A DNA stretch of 64,000 nt, from NCBI GenBank assembly GCA_029856105.1, contig JAHQWH010000155.1, forward strand, positions 1 to 64,000, given 5' to 3'. The position numbers and the translations under genes are program-made. This document shows positions 11,019-21,355 of this stretch, in pieces (position 1 is the first letter of the stretch; each line of letters begins with the position of its first letter). The DNA comes from Promethearchaeia archaeon. Lineage in GTDB: Archaea > Asgardarchaeota > Lokiarchaeia > Sigyniarchaeales > SOKP01. The notes beneath the pieces were generated by a model that searched no databases, was not told the DNA's origin, and saw nothing but the letters and a program-made list of their open reading frames with translations.

Positions 11019-11141
11019 AAAAGATCCCCAATAAAATTCTTTAAATTATTAACTGGTATAGTCAATTAAAAAGACTTAATTTAGAAAGGAAAGCCTTCCA
11101 TAAAAAAATCTTTATTTACTTTAAAAACATTTATATTTAAT

Positions 11142-12767
11142 ATGTCAGACTCAGAAAAAAAATACATACTTGCAATTGATCATGGTACAGGTGGACCTAA
11201 GACGGCCATAGTATCAACCCATGGAGAAGTAATTGATTGGGCATTTCAAGAAGTTCCCTTACACGTAGAAAAGGGAGGTGGAGTTGAGCAAGATCCAAAC
11301 GATTGGTGGAATGCCATTCTTAAGACAGCTAAACAAGTGATTGATAACGGAAAAGTCTCAGCTAATGACATAGTGGGTGTTTGTAATTCGAGTCAATGGA
11401 GTGGTACTGTGGCTCTAGATAAAGATGGAGATCATTTAATGAATTCTATAATATGGATGGACACTCGAGGCGCACCTTATATGAAGAAATTCCATAAAAG
11501 TTTAATCCAAGTAAGTGGATATTCTGTCCTTAAAATGAGAAAATTAGTTAAGGTTACAGGTGGAGGCGCAAGTTTATCCGGAAAGGATCCTCTTGCCCAT
11601 ATTTTATGGATAAAAGATTGCCGTCCAGAAATTTACGATAAAACTTTTATGTTTTTGGAACCCCACGATTATGTAAATTTAAAATTTACGGGCAAATTTG
11701 CTGCCTCTTACGCTTCCATTCACATGCATTTTTTAACAGACATTCGAGATATCAACGATATCAAGTATTACAATAAATTAATGAAAATGGTTAAAGTCGA
11801 CCCAAATAAATTCCCTACAGATTTAAGATGGTCTACAGAAGTTTTGGGACCAATTAGAGACGAAATTGCTGACGAACTTGGTTTAAAAAAAGGTATTAAA
11901 ATGATCATGGGCGCGCCAGATCTACAAACAGCAACTATTGGATCAGGAGCGGTTAGAGATTACGAAGGACACATTTACATAGGAACGTCTGACTGGTTGT
12001 TATGTCATGTACCATATAAAAAAACAGATATCTTTCATAATATGGCTAGCTTCCCATCAGCAATAAAAGGGCGGTATTTTGTAGCAAACGAACAAGAAAT
12101 AGCGGGTGGAGCTTTATCGTTTCTAAGAGATAAAATTCTATATCATAAGGATGAACTATTAAGAGAGGAACAAGTTCCAGATGTTTATAAAATATTCGAT
12201 CGAATTGTAGAAAAAGTTCCAGCAGGTTCTAATAATTTAATTTTTACGCCGTGGCTTATCGGAGAAAGAGCTCCCGTTGACGACCATGCCGTTCGTGGTG
12301 GGTTTTACAACTTATCGTTAGAGATGTCCCGAGAACATCTAATAAGAGCAATCTTTGAGGGTGTTGCTTATAACGTAAAGTGGCTTCTTCAATATGTTGA
12401 AAAATTCATCCAAAAATGGAAAATGAAAGAAAATCCGGGAATGACGAAAAAAGACGTTGTAATGCCCGAGCTTAACATAATTGGCGGTGGCGCGACTAGT
12501 AATATTTGGTGTCAGATTTTTGCCGATGTTCTTAATAGGACAATTAAACAAGTTAAAGACCCAATACAAGCAAATGCTCGTGGAGCCGCATTTATCGCGT
12601 CAGTTGGGTTGGGGTACCTTATTTGGGACCAAATCCCCGGACTAATCCAATATTCAAATGTCTTCAAACCAAATCCAGAGAACAGAGCTATATACGACAA
12701 GCTTTTTAGCGAATACACCAATATATATAAAATTATGAAAAAAACATATAAACGCTTAAACGAGTAA
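11142..12767 (+). CDS. FGGY carbohydrate kinase (xylulokinase-like)
   Basis: LAIDHGTGGPK, EQDP, IWMDTR, GERAP, IGGGA. Confidence 0.92.
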   Translation: MSDSEKKYILAIDHGTGGPKTAIVSTHGEVIDWAFQEVPLHVEKGGGVEQDPNDWWNAILKTAKQVIDNGKVSANDIVGVCNSSQWSGTVALDKDGDHLMNSIIWMDTRGAPYMKKFHKSLIQVSGYSVLKMRKLVKVTGGGASLSGKDPLAHILWIKDCRPEIYDKTFMFLEPHDYVNLKFTGKFAASYASIHMHFLTDIRDINDIKYYNKLMKMVKVDPNKFPTDLRWSTEVLGPIRDEIADELGLKKGIKMIMGAPDLQTATIGSGAVRDYEGHIYIGTSDWLLCHVPYKKTDIFHNMASFPSAIKGRYFVANEQEIAGGALSFLRDKILYHKDELLREEQVPDVYKIFDRIVEKVPAGSNNLIFTPWLIGERAPVDDHAVRGGFYNLSLEMSREHLIRAIFEGVAYNVKWLLQYVEKFIQKWKMKENPGMTKKDVVMPELNIIGGGATSNIWCQIFADVLNRTIKQVKDPIQANARGAAFIASVGLGYLIWDQIPGLIQYSNVFKPNPENRAIYDKLFSEYTNIYKIMKKTYKRLNE

Positions 12768-12789
12768 AATTAAAAAAATAATAAAAAAA

Positions 12790-14655
12790 TTAACCTTTTA
12801 TTTCTTTTCCGCTTTCCATTTTTGTTATATCTTTTTCTTGGAGTTCTCTTCTCTGTACTTTTCCTGTTATTGACACGGGAAGTTTTCGAGCGACCTCAAT
12901 TAGTCTTGGGCTCTTCCATTTCGCCATATTTTCCAAGCACCATTTCTTAATATCTTCAACTTCGATATTCTTTCCAACTTTGAACCCTTTCTTTAATACG
13001 ACCCATGCTTTCACCTTTTCACCAGAGCTTTCATCTGGCAATCCCGCTACAGCGACTTGATCTATCGCAGGATGGTGTCCCATTAAATCCTCGACTTCTT
13101 TTGGATATACAGAATGGCCAGAAACTTTAATTAGCGACTTCTTCCTATCTCTTATTTCACAGAAACCGTGCTCGTCCATAAATCCAATATCTCCCGTAAG
13201 TAGCCAGCGTTTTCCACCCCACATTTTAAGGTTATCTTCCTGTTCCTTTTGTTTTCCCAAATAACCCAGCATGACTTGAGGTCCTGCAACACAGATTTCA
13301 CCCGTATGTTCTACGCCAAAATTATTTCTTTCAAGAGTTCCATCGCAAATTGGTCCAGCTTCAAAATTATCGGAATCGAAAATAGCCCAATCGGTACCCG
13401 GGAGGGGTAATCCTAACTTTCCAGATTTATTTGGGCCCCAAAATGGTGCTACACTTACTACAGGAGATGTTTCGGTTAACCCATAACCAACTCGTATCGG
13501 GCAGAAGATTTCTTCGAAGGAAATGCGAATATTATCGTGTAGAGGTCCCGCTCCTTGCGTAGCATATTTTAGTTTTTTCGTAAAATCGTACTTCTTGTTA
13601 TACTCCTCAACGCCCATTTCATTTACATAATCAGTCAATCTCTTAAATAGCATTTCAACGCCAGTATACATAATACCTTGAGGGGCATCTAGTTTATTTA
13701 TTGCCTCGGATAAAACATCGTCTGAAGGGGGCTTTGGAAATAGAAGCATTTGCATTCCTAAAGATAAAGCGCCCGACATAACACATGTTAACCCAAAGCT
13801 ATGAAAGAAAGGTATACTGCCAATTGTTACCATACCTGGTTGGAGATTTGTCCACGGTTTAATCATATATAAGTTTGAGATGAGGTTAGCATGACTAAGC
13901 ATAGCAACTTTAGGTAACCCCGTTGTTCCACCAGTCATAAGATATACTGCGGGATCGGTCCATGGGTCTATATCTACGGTAAAATCTTTTGGTTCGGTTT
14001 CTTCGATTATTTGTTTCATCCAATAAATCTTATAATCTTCTGTTTCACTAGGAATTTTATCTTTTGCACTTGGAATTCCAAGTTGTTGTACAGTTTCCTC
14101 GTCAGCAGTGAAAAAATCGGTAAAATTCGAAGGTATTAAATACTTAACGCTAGTCTTTGGAAGGATAGTAGCAGGTCCAGCGATATATAACATATCCATT
14201 AGTACTAAAACTTTCGCCTTCGTCATAGTTAGAGCATGTAATAACTCCATAGGTTTATAAGTAGGATTGATTCCTTGTACAATTGCACCAATATATTGAC
14301 AACCCATATAGGCAACAACAAAATTTATGGAATTAGGAAGATCAATTGCTACGACATCTCCTTTTCTGATACCTAACGTATGGTAAAGGAACGTACCAAA
14401 TTTTTTTCCGTATTCGAATAATTTTCTTAGTTTAACTTTTTCCATGTAGGAACCATAAGCAAATACACAAATATCATTATCCCATATTCCAAAATCATCA
14501 GCAGACTTAATAAATCCCTTCCACAGCGGGGTTATATCAATACCATCCACGTCTTTAAGTTGTTTTGGAACGCCTTCAGGCCAATAATCCCCGAACCATA
14601 CTTTATTTTCGTCGACTAAAAATTCTTTATCATTTAAACTTGTCATTTTATCCAC
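12790..14655 (-). CDS. Long-chain fatty acid-CoA ligase (ANL family)
   Basis: TGGTTGLPK, GYGLTE, TGD, DRKK, GKVQRR. Confidence 0.93.
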   Translation of the reverse strand: MDKMTSLNDKEFLVDENKVWFGDYWPEGVPKQLKDVDGIDITPLWKGFIKSADDFGIWDNDICVFAYGSYMEKVKLRKLFEYGKKFGTFLYHTLGIRKGDVVAIDLPNSINFVVAYMGCQYIGAIVQGINPTYKPMELLHALTMTKAKVLVLMDMLYIAGPATILPKTSVKYLIPSNFTDFFTADEETVQQLGIPSAKDKIPSETEDYKIYWMKQIIEETEPKDFTVDIDPWTDPAVYLMTGGTTGLPKVAMLSHANLISNLYMIKPWTNLQPGMVTIGSIPFFHSFGLTCVMSGALSLGMQMLLFPKPPSDDVLSEAINKLDAPQGIMYTGVEMLFKRLTDYVNEMGVEEYNKKYDFTKKLKYATQGAGPLHDNIRISFEEIFCPIRVGYGLTETSPVVSVAPFWGPNKSGKLGLPLPGTDWAIFDSDNFEAGPICDGTLERNNFGVEHTGEICVAGPQVMLGYLGKQKEQEDNLKMWGGKRWLLTGDIGFMDEHGFCEIRDRKKSLIKVSGHSVYPKEVEDLMGHHPAIDQVAVAGLPDESSGEKVKAWVVLKKGFKVGKNIEVEDIKKWCLENMAKWKSPRLIEVARKLPVSITGKVQRRELQEKDITKMESGKEIKG

Positions 14656-14793
14656 TAATCTTTCAGTATCATATTTTATATTTAGATAATAGAAATTTTT
14701 CTATTATTATAATATCTTTGATATACTATTATATAATAATTTAACTTGATTTGGTTTAAGTTTCAATTTATTAATTGACAATTTTGAACATTT

Positions 14794-15651
14794 ATGGGAT
14801 TTAAAGAAAACTTTAAGGAAAAGTTAAGAGAAATACTGAGCGACGAAGAATTATCCGTACTTCCGCGGGGTTTCCAAACTATAGGTAGAGTAATAATAAT
14901 AAGATTAAATCCCGTATTGCTGGAGAAAAAAATCCTTATTGCAAAAAAGTATATGGAACTTTTACCGAGTACTAGATCCGTTTATTTAAACACGGGCAGA
15001 ATTAAAGGAAAATATAGAACGCCAGAAAATATTATATTTTTAGTGGGAGAAGATAATCCAATTGTGGAACATAAAGAACACGGAGTTATCTATAGATTCG
15101 ATTTTACTAAGATAATGTTTAGTATGGGAAATCTGAACGAAAGAAAATTTTTAGCAACATTAGTGAAAGAAAATGAAGTAATTGTTGACATGTTCGCGGG
15201 TATTGGATACTTTTCTTTGCCAATCGCGAAACATTCGAAGCCAAAAATAATATATAGTATAGAACTCAACCTTGAATCCTTTAAATTTTTAACTGAAAAT
15301 ATCAAAATTAATCATCTCGATGATATTATTGTCCCCATTAATGGCGATAGTAAGAAGGAAGTTATTAAATTGAGTAAATCTGGAGTGAGAGCTGACCGAG
15401 TGATTATGGGTGTTTTTCCAGCTCCAAAAGACTTTATTAAAGAGGCTTTAACTTTAACAAAGGAGATTGGAACAACCTTTCATTATGAAGGTGTCACTAC
15501 GAAAGAAAATTTCCTAAGTTTGTTCAATGAATTTAAAGAAATTGCGGAAACAAGTAATTATAAATGCAAGTTATTATCAAAAAGATTAGTAAAAAGTTAT
15601 GGTCCACATTTATACCATGTCGTTATCGATATCTTAGTAAATAAAGATTGA
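14794..15651 (+). CDS. Trm5/Taw2 (TYW2)-family SAM-dependent tRNA modification enzyme
   Basis: HKEHGVIYRFDFTKIMFSMGN.ER, DMFAGIGYF, ELN, KSYGP. Confidence 0.85.
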   Translation: MGFKENFKEKLREILSDEELSVLPRGFQTIGRVIIIRLNPVLLEKKILIAKKYMELLPSTRSVYLNTGRIKGKYRTPENIIFLVGEDNPIVEHKEHGVIYRFDFTKIMFSMGNLNERKFLATLVKENEVIVDMFAGIGYFSLPIAKHSKPKIIYSIELNLESFKFLTENIKINHLDDIIVPINGDSKKEVIKLSKSGVRADRVIMGVFPAPKDFIKEALTLTKEIGTTFHYEGVTTKENFLSLFNEFKEIAETSNYKCKLLSKRLVKSYGPHLYHVVIDILVNKD

Positions 15652-15657
15652 GACGCT

Positions 15658-17112
15658 TTATTCGTTTCTTCCTTCTTGATCTGTTATCAAGAGCGCTCTC
15701 TTTTTCATAGTTTCATTTATTTCTTTATAATCTTTTTCAGCCGTAAAGAAAAGTGGAACCCAAAAGCAAATAGAAATTAGTCCAAAAATTAGCGTGGACC
15801 AAAAAATCGTAGCAGAAAAACTACCTGTCATAGTAACCACGAAACCACCAATAACGGCGCCTGATGCGCGCCCTATAGTATCAATAAAGGAGCCCACCGC
15901 AATCATGGTACCTCGATTTTCGGGGAAATTTACATCAATAAGAGAACTATACCAGTTAGGACCAATACCCATTGTAAAAGCAAGCCCAAGACCTATAAAC
16001 ACGCAATAAATTAACCATAAAACCCAAAATGCGATGTCGTTGAGGATTAGAGCGCCAAAAAAGAAAGTTGAGCTTGTTACATTAGGCGACATAGCAAATG
16101 CGAATAGGAGAAATGGTAGAGTTAAAATTGAACAAATTACTGCCACCTTCACCCTACCAGAAAGATCTCCATTTTGAACTTTTTTATCTCCCCAATGTGC
16201 AAGTCCAAATTGACCTATAATTAATCCTAACAACACCGCAAACAATAATAATATAATAACTTTGATATCAACGACATTTACACCGATTTCAAGTTGAATA
16301 TAAGGAAATATATAAGCTACTAATAGTCCGGAAGCAATAACATCGAAAAAATTAAACATTAAAAAGAAGTTTGACTTTCTTTTAAAAACAAACTTTAAAT
16401 CTGAAAATTTAATTTTATATGAATAGCGCATGTCTTCGTCTGTTAAAACATTTTCTAAAGATTTCTCTTTTGCCGCTCTTTTAGGTTCTACGGTAATAAA
16501 AGAATTCAAAATAGTAAAAACAAGCGCAATAATTCCCAGGAAAAAGTACGGTAACCGCCATGTGTATAAAAAATCGGGATAATTTATTGTAATATAATTA
16601 ATCTTCTCAGGAATGGTTAACAAATTAATTGCTTCATAGTCAATCGCGTTAAACGCTAAAGCAATTGCTCCAGCAACGAGACTTCCAATAGATGATATTA
16701 AACCCCAGAAGGCGAAAGACTTTGAACGAGAATCTGATGAGATTATATCAGCTAAATAAGAAATTACAAGTGGAGTTGTTACGCTTACAGCAATAGCAGC
16801 AATAATTCTAGCAAGGATTAATTGCCAAAACTCTTCTACAAATATGTGTAATATCGCTGTTATTGACCATAAACACCCAGCAAAAATTAAAATCTTTTTT
16901 CTTTGTATCAAATCGGTCAAATAACCAAACATTAGTACCGAAACGCCATTAACGATCGTATAGACGCTAATGATAATCCCTATACTATCAAAATATATAC
17001 CTAAATCTGCAGCAATTAAAACTTCATTAGGAAGGAATAAAGCACTGTCCATCAAAATGATTAAGATTAAAGATAAAAAGAAAAATAACGAAATTATCTC
17101 CCGTTTCTTCAT
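15658..17112 (-). CDS. MFS transporter
   Basis: GYLTDLIQRK motif A, ARIIAA, ~12 TM segments. Confidence 0.88.
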   Translation of the reverse strand: MKKREIISLFFFLSLILIILMDSALFLPNEVLIAADLGIYFDSIGIIISVYTIVNGVSVLMFGYLTDLIQRKKILIFAGCLWSITAILHIFVEEFWQLILARIIAAIAVSVTTPLVISYLADIISSDSRSKSFAFWGLISSIGSLVAGAIALAFNAIDYEAINLLTIPEKINYITINYPDFLYTWRLPYFFLGIIALVFTILNSFITVEPKRAAKEKSLENVLTDEDMRYSYKIKFSDLKFVFKRKSNFFLMFNFFDVIASGLLVAYIFPYIQLEIGVNVVDIKVIILLLFAVLLGLIIGQFGLAHWGDKKVQNGDLSGRVKVAVICSILTLPFLLFAFAMSPNVTSSTFFFGALILNDIAFWVLWLIYCVFIGLGLAFTMGIGPNWYSSLIDVNFPENRGTMIAVGSFIDTIGRASGAVIGGFVVTMTGSFSATIFWSTLIFGLISICFWVPLFFTAEKDYKEINETMKKRALLITDQEGRNE

Positions 17113-17276
17113 ATTTAGCTCACATGTATTAAAATTATAAATTTAAATTTAATTCGTCGCAATCTTATAATAAGCTTTTCTTTTTTCTAAAGCGATATTT
17201 TTAAATTCACATCGATCAAAACTAATAATTACAGTATTTTTTTTTAGATTTTTATAATATAGATCGAAAAAAATGA

Positions 17277-18374
17277 TTGAAAATGTCTGAAGAAAAAATT
17301 GAAGTAGAACCAAAAAGAAAGGAACATTTACATAAGCGATATGAGTGGTTAGATCAGTTTCGAGGTTTAATAATAATTTTTCTCATTATTTCAGTAATCA
17401 CATGGCCGTTATCAGGTGATTTTGTAGGTTATATTACTCCAATAGGGCCTCCTCTCTTAAATCATGGATTTCAATATTACAAAGGATATCCCGCGATAAT
17501 CACAATTATAGATATTGGACAGCAAATTTTTATGTTTATACTAGGATATGTTGGCTTTATCGCATTTACCAGTAGAAGAGAGAAGAAAGGCGTTGGCGCT
17601 GCATGGAAGCATGGTCTGATAAGGGTTGCAGTTCTATATGCTTTGGCCTTTTTAGATGATGGATTAATAGGAGGTCTACTTTTTGGTGATGGTATCCCAT
17701 GGGATGAAGTATTATGGTATGGCACTTTAGCAAATTTAGCGATAGGAAGTTTTGCTGCTTATCTGTTTACATATTTAATTCCTAAGAACGCAGATAAAAG
17801 ATTATTTGTATGCATTGGAATAATGATTGTTCACGCAATACTATATGCAACTCCTATATTCGAGCATAAGGGACTTGGTGGAACCGGTACTCTTACTTTT
17901 CCTTTTAATGCGTTGAATCATGCAGCTATTGCTATTGCTGGGACTTGTTTCTCTCAATGGTATAAAATGGATTCTAGTGATCCTGATGTTGGGTTTAAAA
18001 AGAGAATATTGCCAGTAGCAACGATTTTTATAATTATATTCTATTGCTTGGATTGGATACAACCCGCAGAACACCATGACGCTACAACTTCCCTTGCTTT
18101 TCTCGCAATCGCAGCTTCTGGTTTTTTAATTGCAGTATTTTATGGGTTTGAGAAAATGAATTTTAAAGTACCGGTACTTTCCGAAATGGGAAAAAATATG
18201 CTACTTTTGTTTATTATAGCATTTGTTTTTGATGTATATGTCGGTCTTCTAGATAGAGATTTTCTTATAGCAAACCCTATACTCACTATGATTCTGGTTG
18301 GCGTTTTACCAATTGTTATAGAAGCAGGAATCGCAATGTTACTAGCAAGAAAAAACATTGTTGTAAAAATCTAA
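17277..18374 (+). CDS. HGSNAT/DUF1624-like polytopic membrane protein (putative transmembrane acyltransferase)
   Basis: WLDQFRG, NHG, ITIID...FMFILG, GKNML; ~10-11 TM segments. Confidence 0.65.
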   Translation: MKMSEEKIEVEPKRKEHLHKRYEWLDQFRGLIIIFLIISVITWPLSGDFVGYITPIGPPLLNHGFQYYKGYPAIITIIDIGQQIFMFILGYVGFIAFTSRREKKGVGAAWKHGLIRVAVLYALAFLDDGLIGGLLFGDGIPWDEVLWYGTLANLAIGSFAAYLFTYLIPKNADKRLFVCIGIMIVHAILYATPIFEHKGLGGTGTLTFPFNALNHAAIAIAGTCFSQWYKMDSSDPDVGFKKRILPVATIFIIIFYCLDWIQPAEHHDATTSLAFLAIAASGFLIAVFYGFEKMNFKVPVLSEMGKNMLLLFIIAFVFDVYVGLLDRDFLIANPILTMILVGVLPIVIEAGIAMLLARKNIVVKI

Positions 18375-18570
18375 TCTTTATTTAACTTTTTTTCTTTTAT
18401 TTTTTGAACAAATTAAACATTTTACATTTTTATAAAATGGAAATATTACTTGGTTTTATTATTCTCTTTAAGTGAGTAAAAAAATAATAATTATACTGTA
18501 AAATATATAAAAGTATAAATTTATTATATTTTTGAATAAAATTTAAAATTACTATAAAGAAGTATTTTTT

Positions 18571-19854
18571 ATGAAAAACACAAAAATTGGTTTAGACTAT
18601 AGTCATGGTGGTATGCTTACTTTAGAAGCTTCTAGCTATTCGGATTTCACTCAGTTCTTATTTGCATCTGCTTATAAATTAGGAAAGATCGAGGCTGGTT
18701 TTTACGCGTTAGAGAAAGCACGAATTTACGATGCAGTAATTATTTCTATACCTAAGAACATTAACTTAAAACCGGAAGAAATAGAAGTTTTAGAGGAATA
18801 CGTAAGAACTGGCGGAAGTTTACTTATTATTGGCTCCCGAGGTGGAGAATATTTAAATAGGACCAATATAAATGAATTAACAAAGAAATTTGGATTTGAA
18901 TTCCAAACAGATGAAGTTAATGATTCAGTGAATTACGTTAATTTGCAAAAAAGACCGTTATTAACAGATTTTAAACCGCATTATATCACCGAAAACATAA
19001 AAAAGATAGTTCTATCAAGCACTTGTTCGTTAGCAACCTTAGGCTTTGTAGAAGACGAAAAAAATATACAGGTTGAGGTGTTAGTAAGAGGCGGTTTAAA
19101 CTGCTGGAGGGGTAGGTTCGAAGAACAGAAATGGATTGAAGATGATAGTCCTAAGATTCCCTTGCTTGTTGCCGTTAATTACTACAAAGGTAAAGTCGTC
19201 GCTTTTGGGACGTTATCTATATTTTCGTCTCTTGGAAGAGAATACGGGTTTTCTGCTTTTGATAATGATATAATAATTGCAAACATATTAAGATGGCTGA
19301 CTTTAGACGTTAATTCCGAAGGACAAGTAATTACTATCGATTTACAAAAGGATTTATTCTTTTGGGCAGATTCTATTGTTAAAGAAAAAAGGTGGGAAAA
19401 TTTCTCTGATTTAGTTAATGTTAGTCTAAAACATTTTAAAGATAATTATAGTTCAATAATGAAGGAATTAAAAGAAATTCAAAAAGAAAGATATCAGAGA
19501 AAACAAGAGTATAAAGAAGCTGAAAAAGAAGAAGAAGAAGAAGAAGAAGAGGAAAAAGTTATAGATTTGATACCGAAAAGGAAGAAAGAAGATTTAGAAG
19601 ACATTATAAGCGCAATTGAAAGCGCTACAGGAGAGACATTTGATCGCTCGTTTGCGCCAGATGAGGAGGATGTTACCGAAGAAACTAATAAAAACGCACC
19701 AGAAGTTTTCTCTGAAGAATTACCAGACGATCTTAACAGTTTAACCGTGAAAGAATTGAAAAGTTATTGTAAAAAGCACGATATTAACCTCCCAGCTAAA
19801 GCTCGAAAAGCAGATATTATTAAAATTGTTAATTACGTTTTAGACGAAGATTAA
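18571..19854 (+). CDS. GATase-like/GIFT-like domain + putative ribbon-helix-helix + acidic linker + C-terminal SAP/Rho-N-like domain protein
   Basis: EEYVRTGGSLLI, HYITENI, GKVVAFG, DN..IANILRWL; VITIDL...ENFSDLVNVSL; LNSLTVKELKSYCKKHDI...RKADII. Confidence 0.65.
   Translation: MKNTKIGLDYSHGGMLTLEASSYSDFTQFLFASAYKLGKIEAGFYALEKARIYDAVIISIPKNINLKPEEIEVLEEYVRTGGSLLIIGSRGGEYLNRTNINELTKKFGFEFQTDEVNDSVNYVNLQKRPLLTDFKPHYITENIKKIVLSSTCSLATLGFVEDEKNIQVEVLVRGGLNCWRGRFEEQKWIEDDSPKIPLLVAVNYYKGKVVAFGTLSIFSSLGREYGFSAFDNDIIIANILRWLTLDVNSEGQVITIDLQKDLFFWADSIVKEKRWENFSDLVNVSLKHFKDNYSSIMKELKEIQKERYQRKQEYKEAEKEEEEEEEEEKVIDLIPKRKKEDLEDIISAIESATGETFDRSFAPDEEDVTEETNKNAPEVFSEELPDDLNSLTVKELKSYCKKHDINLPAKARKADIIKIVNYVLDED
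19528..19548 (+). repeat. (GAA)7 microsatellite encoding poly-Glu
   Basis: Seven perfect GAA units in frame within the acidic linker. Confidence 0.9.
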
Positions 19855-19939
19855 TCTTAACTTAACCTAAAAATAAAAATAAGATGCTTCTTTTTCAAAA
19901 TCATTGTAAACTATTTATAATTAACAAATAGGTTTTTTT

Positions 19940-21343
19940 TTGAATAGGTTTTTATTTGTTTTAGGCTCAAATTGGCAATTGTCTTTGGCTGAACTTGACA
20001 ATCTTTTAAAGAATTCGCAATTCAGAGGAAAAATAACCGACTATTCGGCAAACATCGCGATAGTTGAGTTTGAATCGCTGCAAAAGAGCAGGTATTACGT
20101 AAACGATTTAATGACAATTCAATATATTTTAGGAGGTTGCCAGAAAATTGCTGAAATCTACGATTTTATCGATATCCAAACTATAAATGACGGCTTTCCG
20201 AAAACAGTTGAGAAATTCAAAAAGATTGACTTTACTAGAAAGGGAATTTTGAAGGTTATAAACTTCACGCTCAATAAAATATTCCCAAGGATACAAAATG
20301 AAAGTATATTTTACGCAGTATCCATCTATCCAAACCTATTTGATGATGATTATTATTCTGATGTGTTGGTAAAACATTTTCTACCTTTTTTGAATAAATC
20401 CATTATGAGCTTGTTAAAAGAGAAGGGTGCTGAAAAATCTTTATATTATAAATACCCCGAAGAAAATATTAAAGCGGGTAATTTAAATCCAATTTTCCCC
20501 CATCACTTGATAAAATATGGCTTATTCAATAAAGATCGAGCAGAAATAATCTTTGGTTTTACAGAAGAAGGAGTGTATATCGCGCGTACTTTTACGGCTG
20601 ACGATCCGAATTTTAAAAAAAAAATTGACGAAGAAAGGCCATTTAAAGAGTTTAAAAGTAGCATTTCGCCAAAATTGGCTATTATTATGCTAAATTTTTT
20701 AAATTTATTTGAAGAAAGAGAAAATAACCTAATTCTTGATCCATTTGTGGGAAATGGTACTGTTCTTTTATTTGCATTAATAGAAGATTTTCAAATTTAC
20801 GGTTCTGATATTGATGGTACCAAAATTAAGAATACTTTGCGTAATTTAAATTGGTTATTAAATGAGCTTGAGGAACCAATTCCACTTTTGTTAAATGAAA
20901 GGGTTAAAAAAGCAGACGTTAAGAAATTGTCATCTTCTTTTAGCAAAGAATATTTTGATGGTATATGTACAGAACCAGAATTGGGCCCTTTTTACAAACA
21001 AAAACCCTACTACACAGAGGCCAAAGAGCTTATTGATTCAAAACTAAACTCGATTTACGAAGCTACTTTTAGAGAAGGTTATAAAGTTTTAAAACCTAAG
21101 TGTAGAATATGTATCGTATTACCGATCTTTAATACAATTGATGGCGGCGAAGTTCAATTAAAAATTGAAGAAATAGCTCGGAAGCACAACTTTGAACTAG
21201 TGCCAATGTTAGACCTAAATAGAATAGTAAATAAATCGAACCGGAAGCTTCAATTTAAGAAAGGGCAAGTTAGAGCTATAATCGATGCCAAAAAGAATCA
21301 AATAATAAAAAGAAAACTTTATGTTTTCGAAAAGATGAGCTGA
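19940..21343 (+). CDS. Trm11/TrmG10-like tRNA methyltransferase
   Basis: LSLAEL N-terminus, SISPKLAIIMLN, ILDPFVGNGT, GSDID, TEP.LG. Confidence 0.75.
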   Translation: MNRFLFVLGSNWQLSLAELDNLLKNSQFRGKITDYSANIAIVEFESLQKSRYYVNDLMTIQYILGGCQKIAEIYDFIDIQTINDGFPKTVEKFKKIDFTRKGILKVINFTLNKIFPRIQNESIFYAVSIYPNLFDDDYYSDVLVKHFLPFLNKSIMSLLKEKGAEKSLYYKYPEENIKAGNLNPIFPHHLIKYGLFNKDRAEIIFGFTEEGVYIARTFTADDPNFKKKIDEERPFKEFKSSISPKLAIIMLNFLNLFEERENNLILDPFVGNGTVLLFALIEDFQIYGSDIDGTKIKNTLRNLNWLLNELEEPIPLLLNERVKKADVKKLSSSFSKEYFDGICTEPELGPFYKQKPYYTEAKELIDSKLNSIYEATFREGYKVLKPKCRICIVLPIFNTIDGGEVQLKIEEIARKHNFELVPMLDLNRIVNKSNRKLQFKKGQVRAIIDAKKNQIIKRKLYVFEKMS

Positions 21344-21355
21344 TCCGGTTAAAAT

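Noticed and set aside
12425-12470. Hairpin within an apparent insertion of the FGGY kinase
   Set aside because: Frame is intact and the structure lacks two 3-nt bulges around a 4-bp helix
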